A DNA stretch of 58,361 bases from Pyrinomonadaceae bacterium. Lineage in GTDB: Bacteria; Acidobacteriota; Blastocatellia; Pyrinomonadales; Pyrinomonadaceae. The position numbers and the translations under genes were made by a program. How positions within the stretch are numbered: position 1 is the first letter of the stretch; every line of letters starts with the position of its first letter. Below the pieces are notes generated by a model. It did no database searches and had not been told where the DNA came from. It worked only from the letters and a program-made list of their open reading frames with translations. The DNA lies in the NCBI GenBank assembly GCA_035601635.1, contig DATNNY010000654.1, positions 1-58,361 of the forward strand, in the 5' to 3' direction. Below are positions 35,524 to 46,600 of this stretch, one piece after another.

Positions 35524-35694
35524 CCATCAGTGGAAACCTGCGGGAGTTGCCTCAAATTAGCTGGTAGTTCGACGTCGTTGCGGATGACAAGAACCGCCTC
35601 AGGAGTGGCTCTACTCTTGGCGGATCTTGAGCGAGCCGAGATTCTTCTGAATAGGACTGCGCCGTAATGACTTCTCAACAGGAGGGCAGTCCTG

Positions 35695-36165
35695 ATGGGA
35701 AGAGCGTCGCGTGAAACGCCCAAGCACTTAGGTGAAAACCTTCTCCAAATACGAACTGAGTTGGGTTTGTCTCAGGATGGAATGCTAAGGCGCTCAGGGC
35801 TCGCGCAGGAATACGGCCGGCACTACATCAGCGGTTTCGAGACTGGAGAACGCGAGCCCTCATTTCTGGTATTGTTAAAGTATTCTGAGGTGGCAAGGGT
35901 TTGGATCAACGCCCTCGTGGATGATGAGGTGAATCTTCCTCGCCGAATTTCCAACACTGAAATGCAGCCAGGAATTAAGCAAAAAAGGGCGAAGGACCCG
36001 CAAGCGACGCTGAATCTTAACGGACAAGTACTGGATGGCGCCGCAATGCAATCAACCTCTTACCGCCTCCGGCCCTTTCGCCCTTGTAGGAGATCGCTAA
36101 CTAGGGTGATTGCCACGAAGAGTCCCGCAAAGAGCCCTACAGCTTTTAGAACCTCAGCTGCCTGA
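35695..36165 (+). CDS. XRE-family HTH regulator (paralog of 27667-27909)
   Basis: LGLSQDGMLRRSGLAQEYGRHYISGFETGEREPSFLVLLKYSEVARVWINALVDDEVNL. The 3' end overlaps a convergent ORF. Confidence 0.7.
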   Translation: MGRASRETPKHLGENLLQIRTELGLSQDGMLRRSGLAQEYGRHYISGFETGEREPSFLVLLKYSEVARVWINALVDDEVNLPRRISNTEMQPGIKQKRAKDPQATLNLNGQVLDGAAMQSTSYRLRPFRPCRRSLTRVIATKSPAKSPTAFRTSAA

Positions 36166-36425
36166 GGATAAACTGGCTCGATTTCGACACCTAAATCGTA
36201 AACTTTCTTGCATTGGGGACAGACCACACCTACGCCCTCCATCACTAGCGGAAGCCACGTTGGAGATGTGAGCGGATTGCCATACGGACATGAATGCAGC
36301 ACACCGCCGTCCTTCTTACATGGGCAGAGCAGCTTCTGCGATCCATCGTCATAACATCCAGCGTGTTCCAGATAAGTTTGTTTGTTGCATTGCCGACAGT
36401 CGATTCGTCCATTGTATCCAATCAT
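36060..36425 (-). CDS. Cys-rich (zinc-ribbon-like) protein with a C-terminal TM anchor
   Basis: CRQCNK...CPCKK...CPYG...CPQCKK, then LKAVGLFAGLFVAITLVSDLL. Confidence 0.45.
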   Translation of the reverse strand: MIGYNGRIDCRQCNKQTYLEHAGCYDDGSQKLLCPCKKDGGVLHSCPYGNPLTSPTWLPLVMEGVGVVCPQCKKVYDLGVEIEPVYPQAAEVLKAVGLFAGLFVAITLVSDLLQGRKGRRR

Positions 36426-36553
36426 CTCGGACCTCTCTTCGTCTTATCGCGGCTAGAAGTTGCCTGCTAAGTTTTCGTCATCCTAGTCCCTTTTAACGCT
36501 TCTAAAAAGGATAAAATATGGGCCAAAATATTCCGGCTCCAAGCTCAATGATT

Positions 36554-37240
36554 TCAAGCAGTTTGGGACTTCGGGATGTCGAAGACAGCCTCAAGCAAAG
36601 AGTTGAAAGACTCGTTCGAAGCCAGGTCGGCGCGCTCCTTGTGCTTCAAGAACGTCTCAAACCTCTTCCTGGCATTTTCCTTCATGGTGCGGAGCCAATC
36701 GTTCAGGTGCACTTGACCCTTATCTTCAAGTTCTTTCCAATGAGGCGCACCTATTCTTGAGTTTTGCGCGATCCACAGGGCGATCTCCCAAATGCGCTTG
36801 CTTTCAGCTTTGGTCGGTTTGCGTTCTCTAACAAGCATGTACCTGGTCCCGATGTAGAATGCATAAACGACATTTTCGGCGGTCGGATCTTTTTCGAACA
36901 GGTAACGGTCAGCGATTTGAGCGAGCGTACTCATCTCCGCTCCCTTCTTAAGAAACGGTTCCACAAATTCTCTGATTTCCAACTGTGAAACTGGAACACT
37001 CGGCTCATTTTGCATAAGCGCGCTCACATTGACCCCTTGAGTTTCTAGAAGTGCCTTGAGTCCATGACTCAGAAATTCAGGACCCCGAAGAACCAACTTT
37101 AAGCCGCGGTCAATCGCCGTCGGATCCGAGCAGGCGTGAAGCAGTCCGAAGAAGAGAATTGTGGAATCAACGGAGATCGACTCCCTATGTCGATTCTTTG
37201 TATTATTCAGATCTGTCGACATCGAGGTTCTATTCGGCAC
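36554..37240 (-). CDS. hypothetical protein (operon with caspase-helicase)
   Basis: 228-aa ORF, co-directional, 43-bp gap to the upstream gene. No motif recognised. Confidence 0.55.
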   Translation of the reverse strand: MPNRTSMSTDLNNTKNRHRESISVDSTILFFGLLHACSDPTAIDRGLKLVLRGPEFLSHGLKALLETQGVNVSALMQNEPSVPVSQLEIREFVEPFLKKGAEMSTLAQIADRYLFEKDPTAENVVYAFYIGTRYMLVRERKPTKAESKRIWEIALWIAQNSRIGAPHWKELEDKGQVHLNDWLRTMKENARKRFETFLKHKERADLASNESFNSLLEAVFDIPKSQTA

Positions 37241-37283
37241 CGCAAACCGAAGTTTTTGCGAGTGCCTGGAGCGAATTCCCTTT

Positions 37284-37907
37284 CTACATTTTCGATCTTG
37301 CCGGAAAGCCGAGATTTGAAGCCAAGTCTCTGTCTTTCTCCAGTTTGTTCTTTCGCATCTCTATACGCGTGCGGGCTTTGCTGCGAACGCCACCATTGAA
37401 CATTTCGACATCGCTCCCAACGCAACTAAGCCACTGTCTAATCTGACCTAGCTCACGATCGAATTGGCTGCGAATGGCGGTAGCTTCTTGCTGACCCGCT
37501 GCGGTGTATATCAGCACCAGCTCACTTGCATTCACTTGGGCGTGGGGCGGATTAAAGTTGAAAGATGACGGACGACACTTGAACAGCTCCTTCTCTCCCA
37601 AATAGGGCACAAAGAATTTGTAGCGCGTACCGGAGACAAGGCCAGAGCCGCCGTGATAGAAGAATCGATTGGGCGTCCGTCTCACGTCGATTTTCGCGTC
37701 TTCGTGATCGACGGTGATGCTCTTTTCGTCTAACGCCGGGACGGCAATCGTGTATTCTCTTTCGAAATAGTCGCAGAGAGTCTCAAGGTCTTCATCGCGG
37801 ATGCGAGCTGGCGGAAAACTCTCAATTTCTTTGAACATCTTCTGCTCATGCCCATATAAAACGCTCGAAAGATCCACGTTCGAAAAAAGAATCGTTCTTT
37901 CACCCAT
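37284..37907 (-). CDS. hypothetical protein (operon with caspase-helicase)
   Basis: 207-aa ORF with a 35-bp gap to the upstream gene. No motif recognised. Confidence 0.55.
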   Translation of the reverse strand: MGERTILFSNVDLSSVLYGHEQKMFKEIESFPPARIRDEDLETLCDYFEREYTIAVPALDEKSITVDHEDAKIDVRRTPNRFFYHGGSGLVSGTRYKFFVPYLGEKELFKCRPSSFNFNPPHAQVNASELVLIYTAAGQQEATAIRSQFDRELGQIRQWLSCVGSDVEMFNGGVRSKARTRIEMRKNKLEKDRDLASNLGFPARSKM

Positions 37908-37942
37908 ATTCTTAGTGGCCTCCTCGTCAGAGCTTGTCTAAG

Positions 37943-39100
37943 CTAGGTCATTTTTAGCGCCATTAGCAGTCGCTCATTTTCGTCAATCAGAACCTCATGA
38001 GGCTCTCCTTTACCCGCCTTCATTTGTAGATCCTCGGCACTAGCATGTTCCAAACCGTCTTCACTCGTAAGGTCGCGAATCTGATGACCTTCGCCGAGTA
38101 ATCTAAAGTCAGGGTTGTCGACGTCGCGCTTGAATAGGTACGTGAAATCAAGGACGTGCGGAGTTATGTGAGCCGGTCTGGCAATGTCCGGTGCAAAGTA
38201 CTCCGACGGTAACGTGTAATCAGTATGATAATAACCTTTATATTCACAATAGTTCTTGTCACGAACCTTTTTTGAGAGCTTCACTGGACACTCCGGCATG
38301 CCGATCGGACTGGGCCATAGGTCAGTAGCCTTTCCTGAGACCGCGTTGGCAGCCATATCAATCGTTCGCATCGCTAACTCCAATGCTTTGCCTAACGAAT
38401 CAATTTTAGACTCAGGATAGCCTTCAAACGGTCCGCCAATTTGGCTGTCCATCTCTTTCATAGCGTTTGCGACGATGCCAGATTTTACTAAGTGACCAAC
38501 AGAATTGACGGAGAAGGCCATGCCGCCTGGTATACGGTGGTCGTGCCACCAGCGACCATCCCCTTGCGCGCAAAAATAATTTACTCCGGTAAGCCACTTC
38601 CACGTCGTCAGTGACGAGCCGGGCTTCTGAAGGTAGAGTTGGTCGAGATGAATCTTGTCGGTGAAGATGTCGGCTTGTAAATACAGAAAGCATAGCCTGC
38701 GAGCCAGTTCTAACATCGCGGGGCTCGGCACCGCGGATGCGAGTAGTGGAGATATCGCCAGCACAACAAATCCACTTTTACGACCTTCGAAACCGTGTCG
38801 TGTCCATTCCAACCTTTTTGACTGAATCTTGTTACTAATGAATTCATCGGATTCTCGAAGGTCATTCTCCGTGAGAAAACAATAGGTCAGAGCATCCGAC
38901 TTAGCTGCAATTCGGCCAAACAAACAAGGCTGCCATTTTTCCAGCCACCGTCCGAGAACTGCTGCCGCCTCTGCATCACTTCGCGTCTGAAAGAGACAGG
39001 TGTTGGCAGACTCGATCTCTGGAGAGAAACCAACATTGTCGCGCCAATCGTCGGGCTCCAATAACGAAAAATAGTGGGCAACAGAATTAGGTGTAACCAT
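37943..39100 (-). CDS. hypothetical protein (operon with caspase-helicase)
   Basis: 385-aa ORF with a 21-bp gap to the upstream gene. It contains WQPCLFGRIAAK, and I cannot place the family. Confidence 0.6.
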   Translation of the reverse strand: MVTPNSVAHYFSLLEPDDWRDNVGFSPEIESANTCLFQTRSDAEAAAVLGRWLEKWQPCLFGRIAAKSDALTYCFLTENDLRESDEFISNKIQSKRLEWTRHGFEGRKSGFVVLAISPLLASAVPSPAMLELARRLCFLYLQADIFTDKIHLDQLYLQKPGSSLTTWKWLTGVNYFCAQGDGRWWHDHRIPGGMAFSVNSVGHLVKSGIVANAMKEMDSQIGGPFEGYPESKIDSLGKALELAMRTIDMAANAVSGKATDLWPSPIGMPECPVKLSKKVRDKNYCEYKGYYHTDYTLPSEYFAPDIARPAHITPHVLDFTYLFKRDVDNPDFRLLGEGHQIRDLTSEDGLEHASAEDLQMKAGKGEPHEVLIDENERLLMALKMT

Positions 39101-39121
39101 ATTCCACAGACTCGCTACGAT

Positions 39122-42100
39122 CTAACTCACGTATAACGGTATGTTTTGTACCGACGAGGCTTCACCGTCGTGTTCTTTGTTGTGCGCCTCCACAGCCCTT
39201 CTTAAGACTAATAACTTCGATTCACTGCCAGATAGCACTTCGAGTAGTGCTTCATCAGAAGTTTCCATTAGCTCATCGATGGAACATTTGCCTGCCTGTA
39301 ACAGTCGGCGGTAGTCGCCGCGCGTAAGTCGTGTGCCTGCTAATGTTGCCAGTTCCACGGCGGTTGGTGGAACGCCAGTTTCGAGCCTGATTAGTAATCG
39401 ATCTACGCGACCATTTAAATCGAGGCTGGGATGCACGGCCGCGGCAACCCTGCTAACGGTATGCAACAGGTCGCACGTTCTCGACCTAGATCCCAACACA
39501 GGTCCTGAAGCTCCATCGAATCTACCGCCGTGCCTCGTAAGAATGTTTTCGATTTCCGACATCGGAAGATCTGAAATCCAAAGTAGACAAGCGGCGGCCT
39601 TCTTTGCTCGACGAGCCAATTGAGCTGTGTCTGAGACTCTCAAGCTAAGCGTCTGAATAAGACTTTCGGTTACACCTTGCCTACGGATTTCCGATGTCCA
39701 AGAGTTACTTTCTTTTGCAGCGCCCTTCTTATTAACTGGGAAATAAACTTCATCTAATTCGACCGTTATTTGCGCGGCCGTTATGAGCGCCGGATCGGTA
39801 ACCTGCTCGGGCCGCACACGTCGGAACGCATCCACTAAGCGAATAATCGACTCAACCTCAACGCCGGCTTCACCGGCGAATCGCCCTAAATCAGTAGGCA
39901 AATAACGCCCATCATGACCCACTTCGACGAGTCCGTGAGTCTTGAGCGATAACAAGGCCTCCAGCAGACGGGTCTTGTCCCACGACCAGTTCGGTTGCAT
40001 TTGCCTTTGCTGAAACGCGCCGAAACTCTCTTCCAAGAAACTGATTACCTGGTCCGAGGTAAGGCCGCCGGCTTTCTTAGGTGTGGCCGCGAGCACTCGT
40101 AGAATCAGTGAGCGCTGATCTGTTTGACCCGACAAGAATCGGGAAACGACATCCTCCGGCTGGCCTTTGATGTATCTCGTCCAAAGATACTCCTCCGCTC
40201 GCGCAGTTAAAGCTAAAAGAAAAGATGCTCCTCTTTGCGTGAAGGGTAATCTGCCGGCGCGACCAGCGATGTTCTTGTATTCGGCTATCGAGTAGGGCTG
40301 GGGAACATCTCCAGGGTGTTCAAGTCCCGCAATAATTACGGCTTCGGCCGGAGTATTGATACCCATTGCCAAAGTTGTCGTTGCGGCTATGACTCTGATG
40401 GATGACTGCGGCAATCTAAACTCATCTTCGATTACCTGCTTTTCTTCTGGGTCCAGGTCCGCGATATGGAAGGCAACACCTCCCTCAAGGCTTTGCTTGA
40501 GATTGCCGGACGCCAGTGAAGGATCTCCTATGGGCAGGAGGTCGATTGCTGACTTCGCAGGCGGTAACCGCAAGGCTTCGGCTAAATAGTGCGCACACCC
40601 CCTCGCTTCGCCTTTCGTCTCACGGAAAACGATTACGCTCTTATTCTCAGAAACCAATTTTCGGGTAAGAGGAATGATGTAGTTCTGGCTCGCGTTGGGG
40701 TTGGCGCTTCGATACTCAGGAACAATAACTCCCTCTAGAATTTTCTCCTCACCGGTATCCGATGATACAAAGCGGAAGCTGCCATCGCGCCTAATTACGC
40801 CTTCGTCAAGAGGCACAGGTCGTTCAGTACGCTTCAAGAGCCTCGCGCCGACCCATCTTTCCAATCCGTTCGTGTCCCCAATTACAGCTGACAAGGCAAT
40901 AAACTGAGGTTCGGCGCCTTGACGTCGGCTGATGCGGAGCAAAGTCAGCAGGAACTCAAGATTTGCGCCGCGTGATAGGTCGGCGATCATCTGAACTTCA
41001 TCGACTACGACAGTACCTACCTGTCCCATGAGATATGGACTTCCAAGTGCCAGCGCAGCGAATTTTTCGTAAGTCATCAAGCAGATGTCGTATTGACCGC
41101 GCATCAGTGGGCCAATATCATCAACTGTGCTGTTGCCGGTGGCCATGATTGTTCTTGCGCCGAAGTTGCCGTAGAGCTTTTCAAAATGTCGTAATTTGTC
41201 ATTCACCAATGCCTTTAGTGGCAGCAGGAAGAAGGCGCGCTGGCGATTCAGTATGCCGCGCAACGCCGCTAGCTCACCGATCATGGTCTTGCCGGAAGAG
41301 GTGGGAGCCGAAACAACTAAGTTTTCCCCTGAAAGTAATCCGTATTCGTTAACCGCGCTGATCTGTAATTCGTTAAGTGAAGGGATAACTCCGGCCCAAG
41401 CATCAATCAATTGCTGCGGGAAACCGTATGAGTTTAGACTTTGGACGTCTTTCGTAACCGGTTGGCGTTGCGAGTCAGGGAACAGGGCTGAGTACCGAGG
41501 GCCAGGGGTGAATATTGGCCAAGTAATGTCGCCGTCAATCTTACCCCTCACCGTCGGGTTCTGAATCTTACCCAGCTTAGCTGAGAAATCGGTGACTCCC
41601 TTTGTAACGTGTTCGAGGAGACGGTAGAGAGAGATTTTTCCCGCTTGAACAACTTCGTCAGCACCTTGCAAAGCCATAATCAGATGGTGGGTCAGTAGGC
41701 CATGTTTGAGCTTCGCATTTTCCCAAGCTTTTTCTGTCGCAGTTGATGCAGTCAGCACCAGCCTACCGGCACCAGACATCTGCTCTAGCAAATTCTCAAC
41801 GGAGGAAAGTTCACGCGCGGTGGTATCAACGTCCAATCCTTTTGCACCCATGCCGCCCGAGAAACAGCAATCCAAGATGCAAATGAGCCGCTTCGCCGGA
41901 ACTTGTGACAGTGAGCGCGCAAGTAGATCGAGAGAGATACAGCTGCCTTCTAGATCACGAAGGTCTGCGTCGTATGTAACAATTTGGTGAGTGGGGGAGC
42001 CGTGGCCTGAAAACGAGATGACAACTACATCGGCGGCGGAGCACGATTTCAGCTTCTCCAGATTGTCGATAATAGTCGCACGAGTAGCTTCTTCATCGAC

Positions 42101-42238
42101 AATGAGTTTTGTTGCACCACCGAGAGTGTCAGTAAACAGTGCGTGCAGAGCGGCAGCATCTCGAGCAGCGAAACTCAGTTCATTTATTAAAGTCGATGAA
42201 TGCCGATTGATTCCAATGAACAGACCATAAAATGCCAT
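39122..42238 (-). CDS. caspase-like (peptidase C14) domain fused to a Ski2/DExH-like superfamily-2 helicase
   Basis: The N-terminus has FIGINRH..., a His in VVVISFSGHGS and a Cys in LICILDCCFSGG. Helicase motifs are APTSSGKT (I), VVVDEVQ (II), LSAV (III), IAATTTLAMGINTPA (V) and IAGRAGR (VI). About 350 aa of extra C-terminal region follow. Confidence 0.85.
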   Translation of the reverse strand: MAFYGLFIGINRHSSTLINELSFAARDAAALHALFTDTLGGATKLIVDEEATRATIIDNLEKLKSCSAADVVVISFSGHGSPTHQIVTYDADLRDLEGSCISLDLLARSLSQVPAKRLICILDCCFSGGMGAKGLDVDTTARELSSVENLLEQMSGAGRLVLTASTATEKAWENAKLKHGLLTHHLIMALQGADEVVQAGKISLYRLLEHVTKGVTDFSAKLGKIQNPTVRGKIDGDITWPIFTPGPRYSALFPDSQRQPVTKDVQSLNSYGFPQQLIDAWAGVIPSLNELQISAVNEYGLLSGENLVVSAPTSSGKTMIGELAALRGILNRQRAFFLLPLKALVNDKLRHFEKLYGNFGARTIMATGNSTVDDIGPLMRGQYDICLMTYEKFAALALGSPYLMGQVGTVVVDEVQMIADLSRGANLEFLLTLLRISRRQGAEPQFIALSAVIGDTNGLERWVGARLLKRTERPVPLDEGVIRRDGSFRFVSSDTGEEKILEGVIVPEYRSANPNASQNYIIPLTRKLVSENKSVIVFRETKGEARGCAHYLAEALRLPPAKSAIDLLPIGDPSLASGNLKQSLEGGVAFHIADLDPEEKQVIEDEFRLPQSSIRVIAATTTLAMGINTPAEAVIIAGLEHPGDVPQPYSIAEYKNIAGRAGRLPFTQRGASFLLALTARAEEYLWTRYIKGQPEDVVSRFLSGQTDQRSLILRVLAATPKKAGGLTSDQVISFLEESFGAFQQRQMQPNWSWDKTRLLEALLSLKTHGLVEVGHDGRYLPTDLGRFAGEAGVEVESIIRLVDAFRRVRPEQVTDPALITAAQITVELDEVYFPVNKKGAAKESNSWTSEIRRQGVTESLIQTLSLRVSDTAQLARRAKKAAACLLWISDLPMSEIENILTRHGGRFDGASGPVLGSRSRTCDLLHTVSRVAAAVHPSLDLNGRVDRLLIRLETGVPPTAVELATLAGTRLTRGDYRRLLQAGKCSIDELMETSDEALLEVLSGSESKLLVLRRAVEAHNKEHDGEASSVQNIPLYVS

Positions 42239-42265
42239 TTCGTTCGTTGACCAGAAGTAGCACCC

Positions 42266-42502
42266 TCAGTGTTTCTTATCTTTGGGAGGATTCGGGTCGT
42301 TGCCATAACTGTCCTTGTCTTTGATTCTGTTTTCGCGATTATGAATAACCAATTCAGACCCACGTGTTTTAGCGAGCGGCGTTGCGGTCTTAATGGCTGC
42401 CTGCTGTGTGTCATGGAGACTAGATGCTCTTTTATCTCCTTCACTTATCACTGCCCAACTCTTATCCTTGCGATGTGTGACATGAACGTTCTTCTTTGCC
42501 AT
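42266..42502 (-). CDS. DUF2188-like small protein
   Basis: VHVTHRKDKSWAVISEGDKRASSLHDTQQAAIKTATPLAKTRGSELVIHNRENRI matches my memory of DUF2188. Confidence 0.6.
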   Translation of the reverse strand: MAKKNVHVTHRKDKSWAVISEGDKRASSLHDTQQAAIKTATPLAKTRGSELVIHNRENRIKDKDSYGNDPNPPKDKKH

Positions 42503-42633
42503 CGGAGCTACCTCCCTCGGAATGTTTCATTGATGTAGCTGAGTTTCTCAGATACAATGCGCCCATGAAATCACCTTTTGTTTCACTAGTCAAGCATTGT
42601 TCCACATAAAACACAGCTGGAAGGATTGGAATT

Positions 42634-43017
42634 ATGGCGACTAGAAAACTTAGCAGCTTGGGAGCACTAGTTAGGAAGAAGCGCGGCGAGCGAAAATTGC
42701 GCGAGACTGCTGGGCAAATTGGCATTGGTCCAGCAACGTTGATGCGAGTAGAGAACGGGCGCATTCCGGACATAGAGACTTTCGGCAAGCTGTGCAACTG
42801 GCTGAAGATTGATCCTGGTAGTTTCTTGGGATTTCAGCCAGATGTAAGTCAAGCCGCTCAGTTATCACCGAATGAGCCAGCGGTGTCCTTGTCCGCCCAC
42901 TTCAGGGCAGATCGAACACCAGAGCCGGCGACCGTGAATGCCCTTGCGAAAATGATTCTCTTAGCTGTTCACTCGCAGCGGGGGAGCGAAGTCTTAGAAG
43001 AAGATGACCACGCTTGA
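42634..43017 (+). CDS. XRE-family HTH regulator
   Basis: LRETAGQIGIGPATLMRVENGRIPDIETFGKLCNWL. It overlaps the downstream ImmA-like ORF. Confidence 0.75.
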   Translation: MATRKLSSLGALVRKKRGERKLRETAGQIGIGPATLMRVENGRIPDIETFGKLCNWLKIDPGSFLGFQPDVSQAAQLSPNEPAVSLSAHFRADRTPEPATVNALAKMILLAVHSQRGSEVLEEDDHA

Positions 43018-43582
43018 GCGAGGCTTCAAATCCTGGGCCGAACGCACCTCCCTTGCATTTCGAAAGGAATTGGGCGTTCCCATTGACGCTCCGCTTAAAC
43101 CTCAACAGGTAGCAGAGTATCTCGGCGTTGAATTATGGACGCCAAGCCAGGTCCCCGCGATAACGAGGGAAATAACGGATCAATTACTGAAGATCGATCC
43201 TTGGGGATGGTCTGCAGCGGGCATGCAACTTAACGATCGAGGAATTGTTGTTTACAACCCTCGCCATTCACGGGGTCGCCAAGTTTCTGACATTACCCAT
43301 GAACTTGCGCATTTCATATTGGATCACCAACCCGCAAAGATTATTCTGTCGGCCGACTTGGATGGTATGAGCATGCGATCTTTTAATCAGAAACAAGAGG
43401 ATGAAGCGAACTGCCTCGCTTGGACCCTTCTTCTTCCGCGAGAAGGATTAATGCGAGCGAAGCGGCGCCGTCTGACGGCGGACCAAATCGCTGAACAATA
43501 TGGCGTAACGAAATCGCTCGCAGTATATCGGTTGAATTCCACCGGGGTGGAAAAACAATTAAGAGCTCGACTCGCGCATTAG
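43004..43582 (+). CDS. ImmA/IrrE-family metallopeptidase
   Basis: HELAHFILDH (HExxH) with EDEANCLAWTLLLP downstream. This is the classic pairing with an upstream XRE gene. Confidence 0.75.
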   Translation: MTTLERGFKSWAERTSLAFRKELGVPIDAPLKPQQVAEYLGVELWTPSQVPAITREITDQLLKIDPWGWSAAGMQLNDRGIVVYNPRHSRGRQVSDITHELAHFILDHQPAKIILSADLDGMSMRSFNQKQEDEANCLAWTLLLPREGLMRAKRRRLTADQIAEQYGVTKSLAVYRLNSTGVEKQLRARLAH

Positions 43583-43627
43583 GGAAGAGGGTCTTTCAAA
43601 GGATTACCACCACTCCTTAAGCGAAAT

Positions 43628-46600
43628 GTGACAATGGATCTAACGACCTTTTTTGGCCGGCTCGGTTATCTGGAGTCGCCGCACTTCTTGCGACGTGGCA
43701 GTGCTGAACTGCGCGCGGCACCGGACTTTGGCCACATATTTCGAAAGGCGACAGCTAAACCGTGCCATCTAGAAGGTGTTTATACGCTACGGCGTACTCC
43801 CCAATCCAAGACTGAGCCTCTTGTCCCCGTCGTCTATGTCTGTACTGCGGAGTCCGAACAGGCTGCAGCCAAAATCCATGAACTGGTGTGGAACCAGGAT
43901 ATCGTTCCTTTCCTACTGGTGCATTCGCCGCGCGGAGTTTCCCTATATTCGGGTTTTAAGTGCCAACCGCTAAAGAACGGCTTAGAGCGAGGAGTCTTGA
44001 AGCCATTGATGCAATTCAATGAAGTGTCGGAACTCGCTGAGTCATTTCATGCCGACGCTATCGACAGCGGTAAGTTGTGGAGAGATTGGGGCCGACACGT
44101 CACACCGGAAACGCGGATCAACTGGAAGTTACTCGGTAACTTGCTGAAGCTCGATCGCTGGCTTCGAGACAATGGCGGCTTGGAGAAGGATGTTTCTCAT
44201 GCATTGATAGGTAAGTACGTTTACCTGCATTACCTGCGCGATCGAGACATTCTCTCAGATGCGCGACTGGCCGAGTGGCAGCTCGATGAATCGGCGATCT
44301 TTGGGGGTACTGCCACCCGCGCTGGATTGCAGGCCGTCACCGAAAGGCTGGATGAGTGGCTTAATGGTAGCGTGTTTCCGCTAAAGCTGCGCGGCCGCGG
44401 TGCGCCAGATGATGAGCTGATCTCACGCGTCGCAGCTACCTTTCATGGTGACGAGATAGTGGGTGAACGTGACTGGCAGTTGCATCTTGACTTCCGCGTC
44501 TACGACTTTTCCTACATTCCAATCGAGACCCTGTCGGTAATTTACGAACAGTTCTTACATATGCCCGAGGAGGACGGCGGAGCTACGAAGGGCGAAGAGG
44601 CCGCCGCTTACTATACGCCGATACCAGTCGTCAATTTCATGTTGTCGGAGATGGAGGAACGATTACCGCTTCAACGTGGAATGAAGGTTTTCGATCCGGC
44701 TTGCGGCTCTGGGGCTTTCCTTGTTCAAAGCTATCGTAGACTTATCGAGCGTGAGTTTCCGGTTACGAAACAGAGGCCTACGCCGCACGAACTTCGCGCT
44801 TTATTAGAAGATCATATCTTTGGAATCGACAACGACCCTGATGCATGCCAGGTGACAGAGTTGAGTCTCATTCTCACGCTACTCGATTACGTTCATCCGC
44901 CGGACCTATTGCCAACGTCGCCTGGGAAGCCTAACTCCGATTTCAAGCTCCCTGCCCTGGTTGGAACTAATATTTTTCAGACAAATTTTTTCAAGCTAAG
45001 TAATGCCGCGCGTCAGAACTTGGCCGAAATTAAGTTTCATTGGATCGTTGGAAATCCTCCCTGGAAAGATCTTAATCCCGCCAAACTGATCAAGCAAGAC
45101 GAGCCGGCTTGGGAATGGATGCGCGATAAGGAGAATGTGAAGCAGCGGCCGTGCGGTGACAACGAACTGGCTCAGGCGTTCGCGTGGCGATCAAGTGAGT
45201 TTCTGTTTGACGCTGGAGCGACTGCCCTACTACTGCCAGCGATGACGCTATTCGAAGATCCGTCGCGCAAATTTAGAAAGAGGTTCTTCAAAGCTCAACG
45301 AGTCACCGCAGTGGCTAACTTCTCGAACCTTGCGGAAGTCCTCTTTGCTAGCGGCAGATCCACCGTCAAGCGTCCTCGGATACCTGCAGCATCTTTCTTC
45401 TTTTGCAATCGCGACCAAGTTGAAGTTGATCCCGATGACTGTATTCGCGTGTTCTCACCAATGGTAGCGAATCAAGAACCAACTCGACCGAGCGTTCAGG
45501 GAGAACGGGTGCCTACTTGGAGTTTGGTCATTAGCGCTAATGAAATCCGCGATGTTTCAGTGGGAGAAGTCGCTAGGGGAGATGCTCTTCCTTGGAAACT
45601 TGCCATGTGGGGCTCGGCGTCCGACATAAAATTGTTAACCCGCACTGCGAGCCGCATGACGAGTATTGGAGAACTCGAAGCTGAAGGAGCGATTGTGGTA
45701 GCTGAAGGCCCCCCGCTAGTATCTTCACATGTCAAGAGCGGTAAAAACCGAACGAAATATGTTCCCGAAGTGGTCGGTCAACCGCTGCTAACGATGAACG
45801 CTGCCGCAAGACTCCGATATCTCTTTGACTTTCCGAACAATGCTTTTCTTGAGAACAAGAAATACTACGGTCACCTGCGTCGCGGGATCCGCGGTCTAGC
45901 TATTTGTAATGCCCCCCATGTTGTCGTAAGTGCCGCGCGCACGTTTGCGATCTTCAGCGACAAGTACTTTATTGTTCCGACCCGACAGATCGGCATAATA
46001 AGCACGACAGGCGATGATGCTTTTCTCAAAGCGCTCTCGCTTTATCTAAGTTCTGACTTTGCGTTCTATCACCAGTTTCTTACATCTCCTCAATTTGGCG
46101 TGAAACGTGATGTGGCAACCCTCAATGCTCTCCGACGCATTCCAGTACCGATTGCAAATCGAAGCCGTGAATATCTTGAACCGTGGTTACAACTGCATAA
46201 CCGGCTGGTCAAAACTACTCCCGTCGATGTACGCGACACCCGTATCGAGCAGCGCGGAGAAGGCCAAAAACAACTTCAATTCGGTATCCCTGATCGTGAC
46301 AACCTCGTTCCTCTGTTGAACGAGTTGAACAATCTCGTGTATGACACCCTTGGATTTGACGATCATGACCGCGCATTAGTCCATGACCTTGTACGCGTTC
46401 GATTACATCTGATTGACGGGAATATCGGAAGGCCAGCTATTCGTCCGCCGAAGCAGGCCGAGATGAAAACCTATGCCCGTCGATTAAAGGCTGATCTTGA
46501 TGCTTTCGTTGGCGACGAACTGGACAAGCGGCATCAGGTCGGTATTGTCTATGACAACGAGTCCGGTATGATCCAAATCGATCTAATTGCCGACAAAATG

